The position numbers were made by a program, and so were the translations under genes. Below are positions 51,256 through 64,000 of a stretch of 64,000 nt of DNA, piece after piece. The notes under the pieces are model-generated. The model was not told where the DNA came from, made no database searches, and saw nothing but the letters and a program-made list of their open reading frames with translations. Position 1 is the stretch's first letter. Each line of letters begins with the position of its first letter. Location of the stretch: contig RSEE01000143.1 of NCBI GenBank assembly GCA_003971905.1, positions 1 to 64,000 of the forward strand, read 5' to 3'. The DNA is from Moniliella sp. 'wahieum'. Taxonomy: Eukaryota.

Positions 51256-51327
51256 AAGCGTCACGTGTGGAAGCGTCACATGTGGAAGCGTCACGTGTGG
51301 AAGCGTCACGTGTGGAAGCGTCACGTG
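51256..51327. repeat. 15-bp tandem repeat (AAGCGTCACRTGTGG) x ~4.8 containing E-box GTCACRTG
   Basis: Units start at 51256, 51271, 51286, 51301 and 51316. Confidence 0.92.
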
Positions 51328-52267
51328 CAGACACGCTGCAAACCTGTGAGTGCTGACGTAACCCCCTGTCGGTGGTGCGCCTGCTCCCCCAACCAATGTG
51401 CCAAGGGAATACCATTGGTCGCTGGGGACTGACTGGATCGCGAGGGCCTGCAACAACCAGCCAGACAGACCGCTGCGACAGGCACGGGGCCACCATGCAC
51501 CATGCACCACTACCACTACCACTCCCACTCCACTAGCCACCGCTACGCTGGCGCACTTGGTACCCCTCCCTGAGTGCCTGGGGCCGTGCATCCCACCTCC
51601 ATCTGCCTCGCTGCGCCAGGTGCTGCCGTGGCATGCGCGCTGTGCGGTTGGGGCATGCTTCCCACCGCGACGGTCGGACCGTGGTGGTAGTAGTAGGGCA
51701 CCACGGTCGTGCCGTCCCGAGCTAGAGGGTTGGAAAGGTCATCGCGTAGTGTGCGCGCGCCAAAACACGTGAGAGGGCAGCCTCGAGTGTGTCTATGGTG
51801 CGGTGAGCGACATTACTAGTTGCGCCAAGTTACCCTCACTACCCTACACTACACGATACTACACAACACGACAGTACAGTACAGTACAGTACAGTAAGCC
51901 GGGGGTTGCGAGGCGAGGCGGAGCTATCGCGTGAATTGCAGCAGGGCAGGTGAAACGACGCCTGGACCAAGACAAGCGGGGAGATGGGAGAGAGAGATGG
52001 TAGTGGTGGTGGTAGTACAAGAAGAGCACAAGAGAGGAAGGGCAGTTCAAGGAACGAAAAGGAGAGGGAAAAGGGGGGGAGGGGGAGAGGAGAGGGGAGC
52101 GAAGCTATCCCCATACAACGAACGCGTCAACAGCCACGACACCAACGTTGCAACCAACGTCGGCGTGCTGCACGGCTGCACGGCTGGAAAGGGGCGCGAG
52201 ACGCGAGACGCGAGGCACGAGGCGCGAGACGCGAGGCACGAGACGCGGGGGCGCACAGGGCCTAGAT

Positions 52268-52480
52268 CTAGATCTTCTTGGGGTTGGACGGGTGAGTCTT
52301 CCAGCTCTCAGCGACCTTCTTGAACGCGTCCTTGTGGGAGACGTCTGGGTGGGCAGCCTTGTACTTAGGCAGCTCGGCCTTCATAAAGAGGTTGTAAGCC
52401 GAGGGGGGGCGCTTAGCGCCGCCAGCGGTGGTGCTGCTGCGCTTCTTGGTTTCCGAGTCGGCCTTGGCAGGGCGGGGCAT
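52268..52480 (-). CDS. Small YABBY/HMG-box-like DNA-binding protein (70 aa); 5'UTR intron 52499-52562
   Basis: KRPPSAYNLFMKAELPKYKAAHPDVSHKDAFKKVAESWKTHPSNP; intact ORF; TATA-like element at ~52645. Confidence 0.88.
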   Translation of the reverse strand: MPRPAKADSETKKRSSTTAGGAKRPPSAYNLFMKAELPKYKAAHPDVSHKDAFKKVAESWKTHPSNPKKI

Positions 52481-53399
52481 GGTGAATTGGACAGAGGCCT
52501 AAGGGGGGGAGGGAAAGAGGTCAGGGGCGTGCGTGGGAGGCAGACGGGGGAGGGGGACGCACAGGAGAAAACGCAAAGGACGGGTGGGGGTGGGGTGGTA
52601 TGTGGTGGAGAGAAAGACGCGTCGGAAAGGCAAGGCACGCGCTCTTATAGCGAGCGGCGCGGCTGGCCAGCTGCTGGCTGACCCGTACGCTACGAGCGGC
52701 GCGTGGGCTGCTGGCTGGGCTGGCTGTAGCTTGTGCTTGTGCTTAGGCGTGGGTGCTGTGGCCGGACCTGGAGCATCACCATCGCCCACCCAGCCTATGA
52801 AAGCACGCGCAACAGTGGCGCCCTGCCGGATGCACCGCGACGCGTTCCAGCTGCCGCAGGGGGGAGACACGGCGCTGTGCGGGGTGGGTGCGCATCGATT
52901 GGCGCTGGGCACAAGGCACTAGCCCAGCGCCAGCCCCAGCGCCCGATGGGCGCAGCAGCCCATTCTCCCGTGGCGTACTTGCGCCGTGCGGGCTTTACTT
53001 CTGGCTGTTCTGCTCTGCCTCGCTCTGGCTCGCAGCCCAGGCCTGCCACGCAAGCCCTTCCCAATCCAAATCCACCCATCTGCCTAGTCTGCCTTCCGCC
53101 TCCGCCATTCCGCCCTCCTAACCCACCCCCTCTCGTTTTCAACTTTCAACTCCCGCCTTTTACCTTTCAACCCCTCCTCGCGTACGTCAGCCAGCAAAGT
53201 TTCGTTCAAAAAAAACCCTGGCACCTGGCACGCGAGCCGCAGCGGGGCTCTTTAAATGAATCGGCACGCGGCCCAGCAAAATCTGGGCCGACAGTCAGCT
53301 GGGCAGTGGTTGTATTTTTTTTGCCTTGCCATTTCCCCGTCGTACCCTCTCTTTCTCCCCCTCTCTCGCGCACACCACCAACCGCCTTCTCTGTTTGAC

Positions 53400-54335
53400 A
53401 TGTGGGGCGGCGCAGACTGGGCCGTAGCGCTGGGCTACGCCTCCATTGCCTCGTGGCTCATTCCTGGTGCCGCGCAGCTGCTGGAGAACTACCGGCTCAA
53501 ATCAGGCGACGGGCTGAGCATTGCCTTTGTGCTGATTTGGCTCGCAGGTGATCTGCTCAATGGGATTGGCGCGCTGCGCCAAGGCTGCTCTCGACCATTG
53601 TCTACCTGGCATTCTGGTACGTCTTGACCGACGTGACGCTGCTCGTTCAAATCCTGCTCTACTCCAACCGCCAAACGGGGCCGTCGATCATCGAGCAAGA
53701 AGAAGCGCTCTTGGCTGCTGAGCAGGCGCATGCTCACGCCGACTATGGCGCTGCCTCCCAGCACAGCTACGCCTCCACGTCCATCTCGGACGAGCTGGAG
53801 CACGCTGCAGACGAGGCAGCGCGTGCGGATGCGGAAGAGGAAGCTGCGAGCGAAGCTGAACGAGCGTCGTGGCGTCGCCTACTCACTGCGCATGCAGTCG
53901 GGTTCCTGTTTATTGTCACGTAGGCGTGGTAGGCCGACTCGTACAGGGACCTGCTGAGCTTCCCAACCCCGACCAACCGCACGAGATTAAATGGACGCAC
54001 AACTGTTGGGGGGACCAGTGCGTTGCTCTACCTCAGCAGTCGCGTGCCGCAAATCGTACGCAACCGGTCAACCAAGTGCGAAGGACTGAGTATGTCCTTA
54101 TTCGTGTATGCGCTATTGGGCAACGGGACGTACGTGGCCTCGATCCTTGCCCTCTCCACCGACCGGCAGTACATCCTCGAGAGCTTTTCCTGGCTCGTCG
54201 GTTCGGGCGCGGTGGTACTGCTGGACATGGTGTGTGTACCAGTTCCTCATTTACGCCCCGGACCGTCGCCGGATGCATTTGGACCGACTGGTAGAGGAAG
54301 CCAAACGCCGCAACCAATCTGCCGTGCAGTTTTAA
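53400..54335 (+). CDS. PQ-loop vacuolar amino-acid transporter (Ypq/Rtc2-like); frameshifted
   Basis: LGYASIASWL...QLLENYRLKSGDGLSIAFVLIWLAGD; LYLSSRVPQIVRNRSTKCEGLS; GNGTYVASIL; WLVGS. Confidence 0.9.
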
Positions 54336-55299
54336 GAGGAAGAGCAAGTGGAAGTGCAAGTGCAAGTGGACCCAAGCCAAGGTCCAGACCGCTACCACTG
54401 CGTTCCATCAGTTGCTTTGCCCTGTCTTCAATTGCCTCTTGGCCTTGTCGCTTTTTTTTTCTCTGTCGTTTCGTTTCTCTACCTCATTGCCTCATTGTCT
54501 CGGTACTTTTTGCTCTCTCGGTCGGGGGGGACTCTCCGCTCGGTTCCGCTTATCTTGTGTATACACGTACACACGGGGTGCGTTGCTTGCTGGCGGTAGG
54601 CTGTGGGCTGTGGGCTGTGGGCTGTGGGACAGGGTAATTAGATTGCATCGGTCTCGAATCCGCACCCCCACTGCACGCCACATTGAATTTGTCTATTGCC
54701 TCGTCGAAGCACGTTGGTTGTACAAGAACTGCGCTTGAACCCAAGCAAGCGTGTCCAGGCACGAGCGCGTTGGGGGGGACAAGTTACATGTTACAGGGTA
54801 TCGATTGCTATATGTGCTTTTTTTGGCGGGGTATCGAGGATCGGTTAGGATAGCCAAGTCGATAGAGTGGATAGCATGTGCCATGTGCCATGGGCAAGAG
54901 GCAAGAGGCATGGGCTGTACATGAAATGGGAACCTTACATGGCCGAGTACTACGCTACGTTGATTCATTTTATCTTTGTGGGAAACCAAGAAAAGAAACA
55001 TCAAAGCAATCAAGCAAGTTGAAGGTATTCCATCGCAGTCCATCTGGGATGGTTGGAGCAGCGCAAAGGAGAGGAGGAACGAAGGATATGGGATTGCGAA
55101 AAGAAAAGAAAAGAGGGAAAAGAGAAAAGGGAAAGAAAGAAAGGAAGAATAAGAAACGGGCTGTGGCACACAATTGATCGGTCGCGGGCACAAAGAGCCG
55201 GACCGTATATCATTCATTCGCATGCACACTGGACCGTCCTGCAATGGGTACTAGTACCATCAAGACGGTGGTACAATGCACAAGCAGTAGGGTTTAGTT

Positions 55300-57068
55300 T
55301 TAATACGTAAACCCGACCTGCTTATTGGCCACATCGAAGCTGATAGTGGACACCTGGAAGAGGGGGTCACCAAGATGACCGAGTTCTCAATGCCAATGTC
55401 TTCGCCTACGATGGCGAATTGGCATTGGCCATTGGACGTGTGCCAGCGGACGTGGCCGCTCCGAGGGGGATGACGTTGGAGCCAAAGCTGAGGTGGACCG
55501 TGGGCGGGTGGTCGCAGTCGTACGTGGCTTGCAACGTGCCTTGGGAACTGCTGTACTGTAGTCGAGCGAATGGTACAGCGACTTAGCCACACTCTTTGGT
55601 GCTGCATAATGAATGCATAATGTCACACATGATAGAGCAACGTTGAAGATTGAAGATTGGATCCGTCAGTACTCAGTGCTCAGCGCTCAGTCGACGAAGG
55701 ATCCTGCGTCCTGCATTATCGAGAGGCTCAACATGGAACCAGTGCAACGTACCAACAATCAAGCTCGTTCCTGCAAGTCGGTCGTTTGAACGCCAGATAC
55801 CACAGGAACCAAAACCAGAACCACAAAGAAAGAGATCACATGTCGATCACAGAAGAAAAGTCAGCCACATTTTGTCTGGACGCACGTTGGCTCTTGTCTC
55901 GGCAGCAAGACGCAAGATCAAAGCACAGGCATTACACCACAGCTCACGAGACCACAACATAATCTAGGAGTTAGTAATTTTGTTGCATGAATTCGCACTT
56001 ACCTGAATCCACAATCCCAGTGACTTTTGGTTAGATCGCGGCATCGACGGACCAGTAGGACGCATTGGACAGCTTGACGTACGATGCGCTCGGGTCGGCC
56101 TGGCCCAGGGACAAGTACGATCCTGATTCGCGCAGCTTGAAGGTAAATGCCTGTTTGTCAAGGGAGCCAGCCTTGATGAGGGATTGGAAAAAGGGTTCCT
56201 TTTGGAACGAGCTAGGTCGGGGAACGCATGCCGGAAATCCCTGACTGTTGCCTTCGTTGGAAATGAACTGTTGGGTAGAAAACGCCAATGTACGCCTTGT
56301 CCGCTGACACGCGCCAATCGACAGTTTATCCGAGTACACTTCCCCGATGCCGTGGTGCCGTCGCCATACGAGTCTTGGAACGTGGTGCCCGTGTTGTTGG
56401 ACGTACTGACTTGAAGGGAACAAACGCAGTGGGATTGACCAGCGTGTCACTGCTGCCAGTGTCAAAGTCTGGTGGGGCAGGATAAATAGAACAATAGACC
56501 CGTTAGCTACTGTGGATACGCACATAGGTGCCCGGCTTTCGCTCGGGACAGAGAGAGATAGCGTACCGATCGGGATGTGCTGTGGGGGGTTCCAAATGAA
56601 ATCGTGCCTATATCCATGCCAGACATACACCGTACACCGTACACACGTTCACCCATCCCTCTAATAAGGATACAAAAGAAGATACAAGATTTTCAAGGAC
56701 CTTCCACGCTTCTCCACGTGCCAAAAAAGGAACAAGGGAGAGGCGCGGGGGGGGGGGGGGGGAACGTACCGGTCCAGAGCGCCTGCGATTCCTGGTCGGA
56801 CAAGGAACGTTTCCCGTACCACGACGAACAAGGTGGCTGATATCAAGTGGGGTTTAGTTCCCATGTTGCGTTCGTAGTGGCCAACGTACGTAATACTTGG
56901 ACTTCAACCGCTCCATTTCCTTCGATACCATCGTCCCGTCCACCACGCCACGTTTGTCGGTCAAGAAACGGGAGCGGACGAGGGGAACGTCGATCTTGGA
57001 CTCAAAGGGGAGAGCAGATGCGCCCCAAGCACCCTCAGGGCGCCAGCAAGGATATGGTGAAGGTGCAT
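55300..57068 (-). CDS. Secreted pepsin-like aspartic protease (A1), multi-intron with microexon; frameshifted
   Basis: Signal/propeptide (KY..LAHYERNMG); LSDQESQALWTG; FDTGSSD; YGDG; FFQSLIKAG; FTFKL; YWSV; GIVDS|GTSLIV|APKSVAKSLY via 18-nt exon 55753-55770; CQFAIVG..VILGDP..FDVANKQVGF. Confidence 0.88.
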
Positions 57069-59256
57069 GATCAACAAGGGGCTTAGGGAGTGTGTAAGTG
57101 AGTGGTATGGGGCAAAGGGAAAGGTTGGATAAAGCGGAGGTAGAGTGGTGGGGAAAGGAAGGAAGGGTAGTAGGAAAGAACGGAGGGAGTTGGGTAGTAG
57201 GAAAGACGGAGGGATTGGGGGAGGGGGAGATGAGACCACAACGACGAGAAAGCAGACGGTTTCTATAGTAAGTTCCTCTTCAGGGAGATCAGGGGATCAG
57301 ATTGGGATGCCATATCTCGTTTTGGAGACCATGAACGATCTCTCCACAGCCACTGTGGTGCCAGGCTCGCGCTCGCCCCCGGGAGTCGTGCATCTACTTG
57401 AGATGCGGTGACGTTCCTGGAAGAGGCAACTGATCTCTTAGAAGCTAGGACACCCTGGAAGGGGACTGGGGGGTGGGGAGAGAGTGTCGATGAAATCGAG
57501 CCTGAACGCTGACTGGGCCTGGGTCGAGGACGAGGAGGCTGAAGGCTGAAGGGCTGAAGCCTCAGGGGCAGGCGCAGGGACATTGAGAGGGGGTTGGATG
57601 GGCGAGAGGTCGGCGCGAGAACAGCAGTGGACCTCCCGGGTGCTGTTGGTGCTGTTGGAACGTGTGTTGCCGTGGCTGGCTGAGCCTCAGCGCCCAGGTG
57701 CTGAGATCTCGCTGAGATGGAAGATCCAGGTATCGAAGCGCCACGTAGAGTGACTAGTGACGCGGGCGTCGCGCCTAGCTGCGTCTTCTGACTGAAGCAT
57801 GAGTCCATGAGTATTAGTATAGAGTACAGAGTTCTGACGCGTGACGCGGGACGGAGCAGCTGTTAGGGGGTGGCGTGTCTTACACAAGACAGAGGGCAGA
57901 GGGGCAGTGTGACGGTTGACGTTGTGTGGACACTCCACACGCTAAGCAACTGGGGCAGTAGTACCCAGTGGGAGCAAACGCCCCAAGGCGTGGTATGTTG
58001 GATGGCCGCGTCGACGTTCAAAACGTTCATCGATCATCGTTGGGCGAGCGACTGCTGAGTATACTGACGCCCAGCGTAGAGTGGAAGCTTGACGCTCGAA
58101 TTGAATACCGAAGATTGACTGAATGGGCCGCGAGCGAACTCGCTCTCGTGGGGCGAGTTGGCTCGCGCAAGTTGGGATGGATGTCTGACCGGCTGACCGT
58201 GACCTTGGCGTCTACGCACCATATATGATCGAGAATCCATCATCGATCATTGATCATGATGATGATCGCGCATAGGCGGAGCAAGGCGGGGGAATAGCGC
58301 TCTGAGATGTCATGTGTGAGATCCGATGTCTGATGGTGTACGCCAAGTCAGAGTGGGCCTTCTCTCCGATATGCAGGATGACGTCGATGACTCGATGACG
58401 CGCGATGTCGATGATCGAGGACGAGACGAAGACGTATCGACATATTGACAGATTCGCGCGCGTATGTTGGGGGCGCGCAAGCCAGGAAGATTGCCTGGCC
58501 AATCTCCGGTCAATGTGGTCAATCCGGTCAATATTCACTTGACGATTGGATATTGGCGGATTGATCAGCTCAAAGGACCACTGCAGGTTGACATGTTGAC
58601 ATCAAACGCATCAACGTAGTCTGTGTTGGGCTGCAGTGAGGCCGAGGAGGGTTATAAGCACTTGATTATGAGGCCTGAGGCTCAGCCACTCAGGTAACCG
58701 GTAATGCAAAGGTACCCCGAGAGGGTGGCTATCGTGTGACTCGCCTGTACGAACCATTTTATCCCAGCCTTCTGACCTCAAAAGCTAAATAGTGGAAAGA
58801 GTAGCTCTTTGTACTCCACTGTGGGTTCGCAATCGCTCCAAAAATGAGGCCTTTGTTCGGAGCTCGTTTACGACGTTTATGGCCGGATACATATGCCTGG
58901 ATTATCAATGATTAATGATCAATGATCGATCAGATCATGATCTGGTCATATCCTCGCCTGTCAACGCATCGACGTCTCGACGACTGACGCACCCATGGTA
59001 TAGGATTCACCTTCAACGTCTTCAACGTTTTCAACCAGTTATATAACGTATTGAACGTTGAAGCTTAAAGGTTGAAGTTCATCGTGTTGAATCCACGTTC
59101 AACAGCAAGAATTAATCTTCAAGCTTCAACCCTTCATGGTCCCACTGCTTCATATTGAGAAGCTTCAAGCTTCAAGCTTCATTCCCACATCAACCAGCGT
59201 CATCGAGTCGAGTCTACTTTGGTGGAGTGTACAGCACTGTGGTGTAGCAGACGCCT

Positions 59257-59375
59257 ATTCAACGTTCAACATTCAACGTTCAACGTTCAACACTCAACGT
59301 TCAACGTTCAACACAAGTCCGACTCCAGCCTTCCAGTCCTCGCGTCTTCAACGCCTTCAAGCTTCAAGCTTCAAG
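59257..59375. repeat. (TTCAACG/TTCAAGC)n heptamer array
   Basis: About 8 tandem TTCAACR-type units at 59257-59312, plus TTCAAGC runs nearby. Confidence 0.8.
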
Positions 59376-59599
59376 CCCTTTCCCAAACCCATGACAATCC
59401 ATGCAGAATAACCGACAACCGGCAACCGTCTCATTATCTTTTCTCCCTTCTCCGACCCTCCGCTGCCCACACACGTTCCCACCGTACTGCTCTCCACCCT
59501 GACCCGTCAGGCATCAGGCATCACATGCACAGGTCACAGACCACGAACAATGACCTGGGGCGCGTCTCATGCCAGCCCGTGCCATGCGCCCATACGCCC

Positions 59600-61661
59600 A
59601 TGCCCACACGCACATACGCACGCACGCTCATTGTGGTGGCCAAGCAGCTTGGACGTCCGAAGTACAAAGCATAGCGAGCAATTCTGGGCTCCAGACCGGG
59701 TCGTAAAGTCCAATGCGCTCCCATCCAGTCCAAAGGGGAGGAAAGGATCGTACCCTGATCCGGATGTGAATCCGAATCCGTCTGTAGGTGGGAACACGTT
59801 GCCCAACACGTTGCCCGCTGTCCCTGGCGGCACGACGGTGCCCAAGTTAGGTTCGATGCCCAATACGTCGCGCCAGGTGTCCTCGGCTGGTGGGTCCATA
59901 GGGAGAGGGGCAGTAGTGATGGCCAAAGGTGGCGTGTCCACGTTCACGCCCACGGCTGCTCGAGGTACTGTTGTACTGTGCTCCGTTGGTTCTTGGCCAG
60001 GCTTGGATTGGGGTTCCTTGGTTGGTGGTTCGGTTGTGGCTGGGGTGCGTGTGTGGCAGAGGAAGCGCGTTGGATCATACTTGTAGCACGTCGGCGAGGC
60101 GGTTCGAGTCGGAGACCATTTGAATTTGTCGGATGGCGTCGATCAACGTGGTGGCCATAGCCATAAGGTGAGCGGATGGGAAAGGCCGCGCGGAGCGTGG
60201 TTCGCCGCTCCACTTTCCGGGGGATCCAATACGGTTTGGGCAATGTTATGCAGAAAGACGTTGGGTTGCCCTGTGATCACGTTAGGTGGTCTCTGTGTAG
60301 TGTGCGAGAGCATGCGCATGATCCACAGTGCAAACGATGCGAGATGATCTCGTATGAACCGGGCCATACGTGGCAAAATGTCCCCATCCGCTAAACATCG
60401 ACCGGAAAGTGCCCATACGTTCTGTCGCCTGTACGCTTCTTCCGTTGCACGTTGGCCCATTGGGACGTGCGCAGGGACGGGTCACGGGTAAAGGCGATCC
60501 AGAGGACGAGGTAGAGCCAGTTCCACGTGGTCAGAAGGGCAACCTGCTCTAAGAGCAACAGACCATCCTTTCTGCCCCTCGACTGCTCGGTTGGTACGGG
60601 CATACTCCGTGCCGCCGCCCAGGCTTGCGGGTCCTGCGCCAGGTTCGGGTTGACGTTAAGATGGACGGGCAAAACGTACAGTGCGTCGAATAGGTCGTAC
60701 GCGGTCTGAAAGGAGATGTTGGAGCGTGTGGGGGCATAGCGCTTCTCGGCAGATACGCCGAGCGGCGAACATGAGAACCGACCAGGGATAGTCGCGCAAC
60801 GAATCTATCGTTACCGTCCAGCCAATATTCTCAGTGGGGATCTGGTACAATCGTCCTGAGCAGCGGCGCGAAAGGCGTCATAGCAGAGGATGATGAGGAA
60901 CAGTTTATAGCGCCGCTTTCTGTCCTGATCATCCACGGTTCCTGTTGCGGGCACCTCGTTGAGTTTGTGGAACAGGGCCAGGTCGACGGCAAACCCGCGT
61001 GCGAGCGGATTGCGCTTCAATGGGTCCTGCAGACGCGCGGCTGGGCATAGGAGAAAAACTTGCCTAGGGACAGAAGGTAGACGCTCTCCACAGCATCGAT
61101 CCCATCCTTTGCCATGCGGAAGGGTTCGTTCATAAGCTGGACACAGTAGTCGAACAACGGGCCAACAAGGCTGTGGTGCTGTCAATCGACGATTGCCCCC
61201 GCGCAGCAACCGATAATACCAGCAGAGGCGAGATACGCTTGCGGGAGGGTCGAGCAGCGCAAGCGGGACCGGCTGCTCGAAAGAAAGACAGGCCAAGTAC
61301 TCGTACCTTCGCCGAAACTCAGAAGGCGACAGACTCAGTTGGAAAACCTGGCCGGGTCCCTTGAGGAAGGCGTCAATGCAATCCTCGAGCACGGGCCGTG
61401 TGAGCCCTTCGACCTGGGTCAACACATGCACCTCGTCCCATAGTCGAGCATGGAAGAGTTCCGAGACGCAGGATGGGAGCTGGTCGGATCTGGCAGTGAG
61501 GAGGACGTGATGGTGTGTAGGCAGGACATTGGAAACGCCAACCTTTGTGGGCGATTGGGGTTTGGGAGAGGAAGAGGAGGAGGTAGCAGCCTGCTCTTGC
61601 AGCTGTTGTTGTTCCCGTTGGGGGCGGTTGCTGGCTGCTCCTCCTCCTGGGGAGGGTGGTG

Positions 61662-61700
<39 letters not shown>

Positions 61701-61942
61701 GTTTGCTGGTTGATGAGGGCCATGATGCGTTTGCCACGTTTATGTTTACCATTGGAAAAGGTGGGGTGGGTGTCCAAGGCGCGCCGCTTGGGGGCTGCTG
61801 GTTTGGGGCCGGCCGGCGGAGGCGAGGAGGCGTCTTGGCAGGTCAGGCCCATCGCCCACAGACTCGCAAGGGCCACGGATCCGGCATCGCGCACACACTT
61901 GACCTTCCGGGACCGGCAGGCGATGCACACCGACGGACGCAT
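59600..61942 (-). CDS. Zn(II)2Cys6 fungal transcription factor; frameshifted, 3' end approximate
   Basis: MRPSVCIACRSRKVKC...GPCE...GLTC binuclear cluster (middle part in the alternate frame); Ser/Gln-rich linker; middle-homology-like VLEDCIDAFL..FRRRY and RKRRYKLFLIILCYDAFRAA. Confidence 0.85.
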
Positions 61943-62556
61943 AGACCGAGGGGGTCCGGGGGAGGAGGGGAGGAGGAGGAGGAGGAAGGAGGTGATGGCG
62001 AACGAAAGGCGGGGGTGGCGCGAGCGCCAGCCGACGCTTGCCTCGTAGTGACGTACTGATCGATTGATAGGCTAGAGGTCACATTCACAGCCACTAGCGG
62101 CTGCGCAGCGACTAACTTGTTCGTGGTGTGTGCAACGTTCAAACGTTCAACGTTCAAATATTCAACCACGCGGGCGGAATTGGTTGGCCCGGGGCGGAGG
62201 GCTTGCCGAGGATAGCCAGTAGCCAGCTGCCACGGTTCATGTATTAGAGTGTGGGATTGGTTGGGCTGGTTGGGCCCGTGGATATGTATAGCCTCAACCA
62301 TCGTCGGCGCCCAGCCCCTAGTACGCAGCCAGGAACGTCTATGTGCAATGGGAGCAGCGTTGTCAGCCCGCCGTGGTCACCCTGATGCCAGGTTATATGA
62401 CAACTCGATGTACTCAGTATACAGGAAGCACCGAGGCACTCGGCTCTGACATCGTGCTGAACCGAGAACGGAGAACCGAGTGCAGATGTAAATTTCCGAT
62501 ATGGGCATCGACATCGTCCCTCGAGATCAAGCAAGAGAGAGACAATATGTGTATGG

Positions 62557-62559
<3 letters not shown>

Positions 62560-62598
<39 letters not shown>
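62560..62598. repeat. (GA)n microsatellite
   Basis: About 19 dinucleotide copies. Confidence 0.95.
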
Positions 62599-62599
<1 letters not shown>

Positions 62600-62799
62600 T
62601 GGCATGCGTGCGCAGGACCCTCTAGCTTAGTAGCGTAGTAGCTTAGCGGCGGGAGAGAATACAATGGCCCAATGACACCATGACCCAATGGCAATGGCCG
62701 ATCTCGAGTCACACTAGTCATCGTCATCGTCACCATTACATTGGAATCGGTGTCGGTGGTTGAACATCATTGCAGTTGCATTTGCATCGGTGTCGGTAG

Positions 62800-64000
62800 T
62801 TAAATTGGGCGTGTTAGAACAGTCCACCATGGACGACTCGAGTCCCAAGTCGTCCGCGCCCACATCGTGCCCGCAATCACATCATCAGCCATACGAAGAA
62901 TTTCACTGAGGGTACGATGGTGGGTGCTGCTGCTCTGCGAGGCGCGGGGGGCAGGATGACCAGGGTCGATGGCGGCTGTAGTGGAGGAGCCGGGAGAGGG
63001 AGAGGGGGAGGAACCTGCAGGGGCAGCTCGGGTGGTGGCACTACCGCTCGTCTTGCTTGTCCCGCTCGTAAGACCGGACGAGGCAAGAGGAGCGACGTGA
63101 CTTGATGACGTGGTGGGGGAGAGGGAGGCAGAGGCCGAGGGAGAGATCGAGGCGAAGCAGTGGGAGAAGAGGCGGTAGGGGGGGGTTGGATAGTGATCCC
63201 ACACGGGGAGTACCAGGGGCAAAGGGGGACGATGTGCCTGACGCTGATCGGTTCTTCTTTGGTGGGAAAAGGTCGATCAACGATTGCTTACTGGTTGAAC
63301 GGGGGCCAAAGGAAGTAGTGCGATTTGCACTCCCGTTCCCATCCCCACCCCCATCCTCCACCGGCAGAGGTAGGGGTACCGGGAGAAGAAACAGTAGGGG
63401 GTGTGCTACGGGTGGGTGCGCAGCCGCAGCCGAAGGCAGAGTCGAAAGCGAGGGTGCATCAGTAGACGAAGTTTCGGACCCGGGTACGTGGGAGGGATTA
63501 GAATCGGGGGGTAAAGGGTTGGCAAGCCGAGTTGGAGTGGCTGGAGTCACAATATGAGGCGGCACCGTGGTGACAGAGACCTTTTCCTCAGTCTTCTTTT
63601 CATCCGGGACCACTGGCAATCCCTCGCCGTCGTCATGGTTTCCTCGATATCCTTCGGCAAGGTCACTTGGGGTTGCGATGGGGAAGCAAGCAACGGAACC
63701 GGTATCTTTTGCTTGGATGGCGCTATCTTGTGACCCGCGCCGAGGATGAGTGGCTGTCGGTAGAGGGGTGGCCGAAACGGGCTGGGCAGGCGGAGGGGGA
63801 GAAGAGGAGGGACGGCTGACAACCAGGGTCGGCGGGCAAGGGCGAGCCATCTGTCTCAGTAGGGGGGGCAAGGGTGGTGGACTGTTCCGCAGGCAGTGGC
63901 ACTGCAGATGCCTTCTCTTCCTCGTGACCAGATGCGGGAGGCTCAGTATCAGACAGACGGACAGGCGATGTCTCCTTGGCGGCAGAGTTGCAGTCACGGG
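62800..64000 (-). CDS. 3' part of a Ser/Pro-rich hypothetical protein continuing beyond the window
   Basis: Long ORFs 63041-63997 and 62800-63222 join by one frameshift; ends HHRTLSEILRMADDVIAG...PWWTVLTRPI*. No recognisable domain. Confidence 0.55.

Noticed and set aside
51256..51327. CRISPR-like array
   Set aside because: Contiguous 15-bp repeats with no spacers, eukaryotic context and no cas genes.
51855..51864. U2 snRNA branch-pairing sequence GTGTAGTATC on the minus strand
   Set aside because: Lies in a low-complexity CTACA/GTACA tract; flanking U2 stem I and Sm site are absent.
53153..53165. U5 snRNA loop I-like GCCTTTTAC
   Set aside because: The flanks cannot form the closing stem; it sits in a pyrimidine-rich promoter tract.
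29998..57068. Secreted-enzyme or secondary-metabolite gene cluster (proteases, GH128, AA7, TF)
   Set aside because: The genes are interspersed with unrelated housekeeping genes and there is no backbone enzyme.

Overview
GC-rich, intron-poor eukaryotic DNA from a basidiomycete fungus, most like Ustilaginomycotina/smut-related yeasts (inferred from protein sequences and GT..CTRAC..YAG introns). About 22 protein-coding loci are recognisable: a DysF/Spo73-Mug65-like gene, RIB7, a La-motif+xRRM LARP7/Pof8-like gene, RGP1, ARP5, a 3xKH protein, URA6, a bacterial-type GST, a membrane-anchored A1 protease-like protein, a Gly-rich glycine-zipper gene, RPS7, a GH128, CBR1, an AA7/BBE oxidase, SEC61, DBP5, NOT2, a YABBY/HMG mini-protein, a PQ-loop transporter, a secreted aspartic protease and a Zn2Cys6 transcription factor. 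There are also two inverted intron-containing tRNA-Trp genes, a ~7 kb lower-GC island with a decayed Ty1/copia element, an ATP1 relic and many microsatellites. Nearly every gene, including essential ones, is broken by 1-2 nt indels, which points to a noisy long-read consensus. Gene models were therefore stitched across frames by eye and some ends are approximate. I found no clear novel multi-gene system. The best leads are the LARP7/Pof8-like xRRM protein, the bacterial-type GST, the protease-like receptor lacking its second catalytic Asp, the ATP1 relic, the tRNA-Trp anticodon-stem mismatch and several recurrent promoter motifs.
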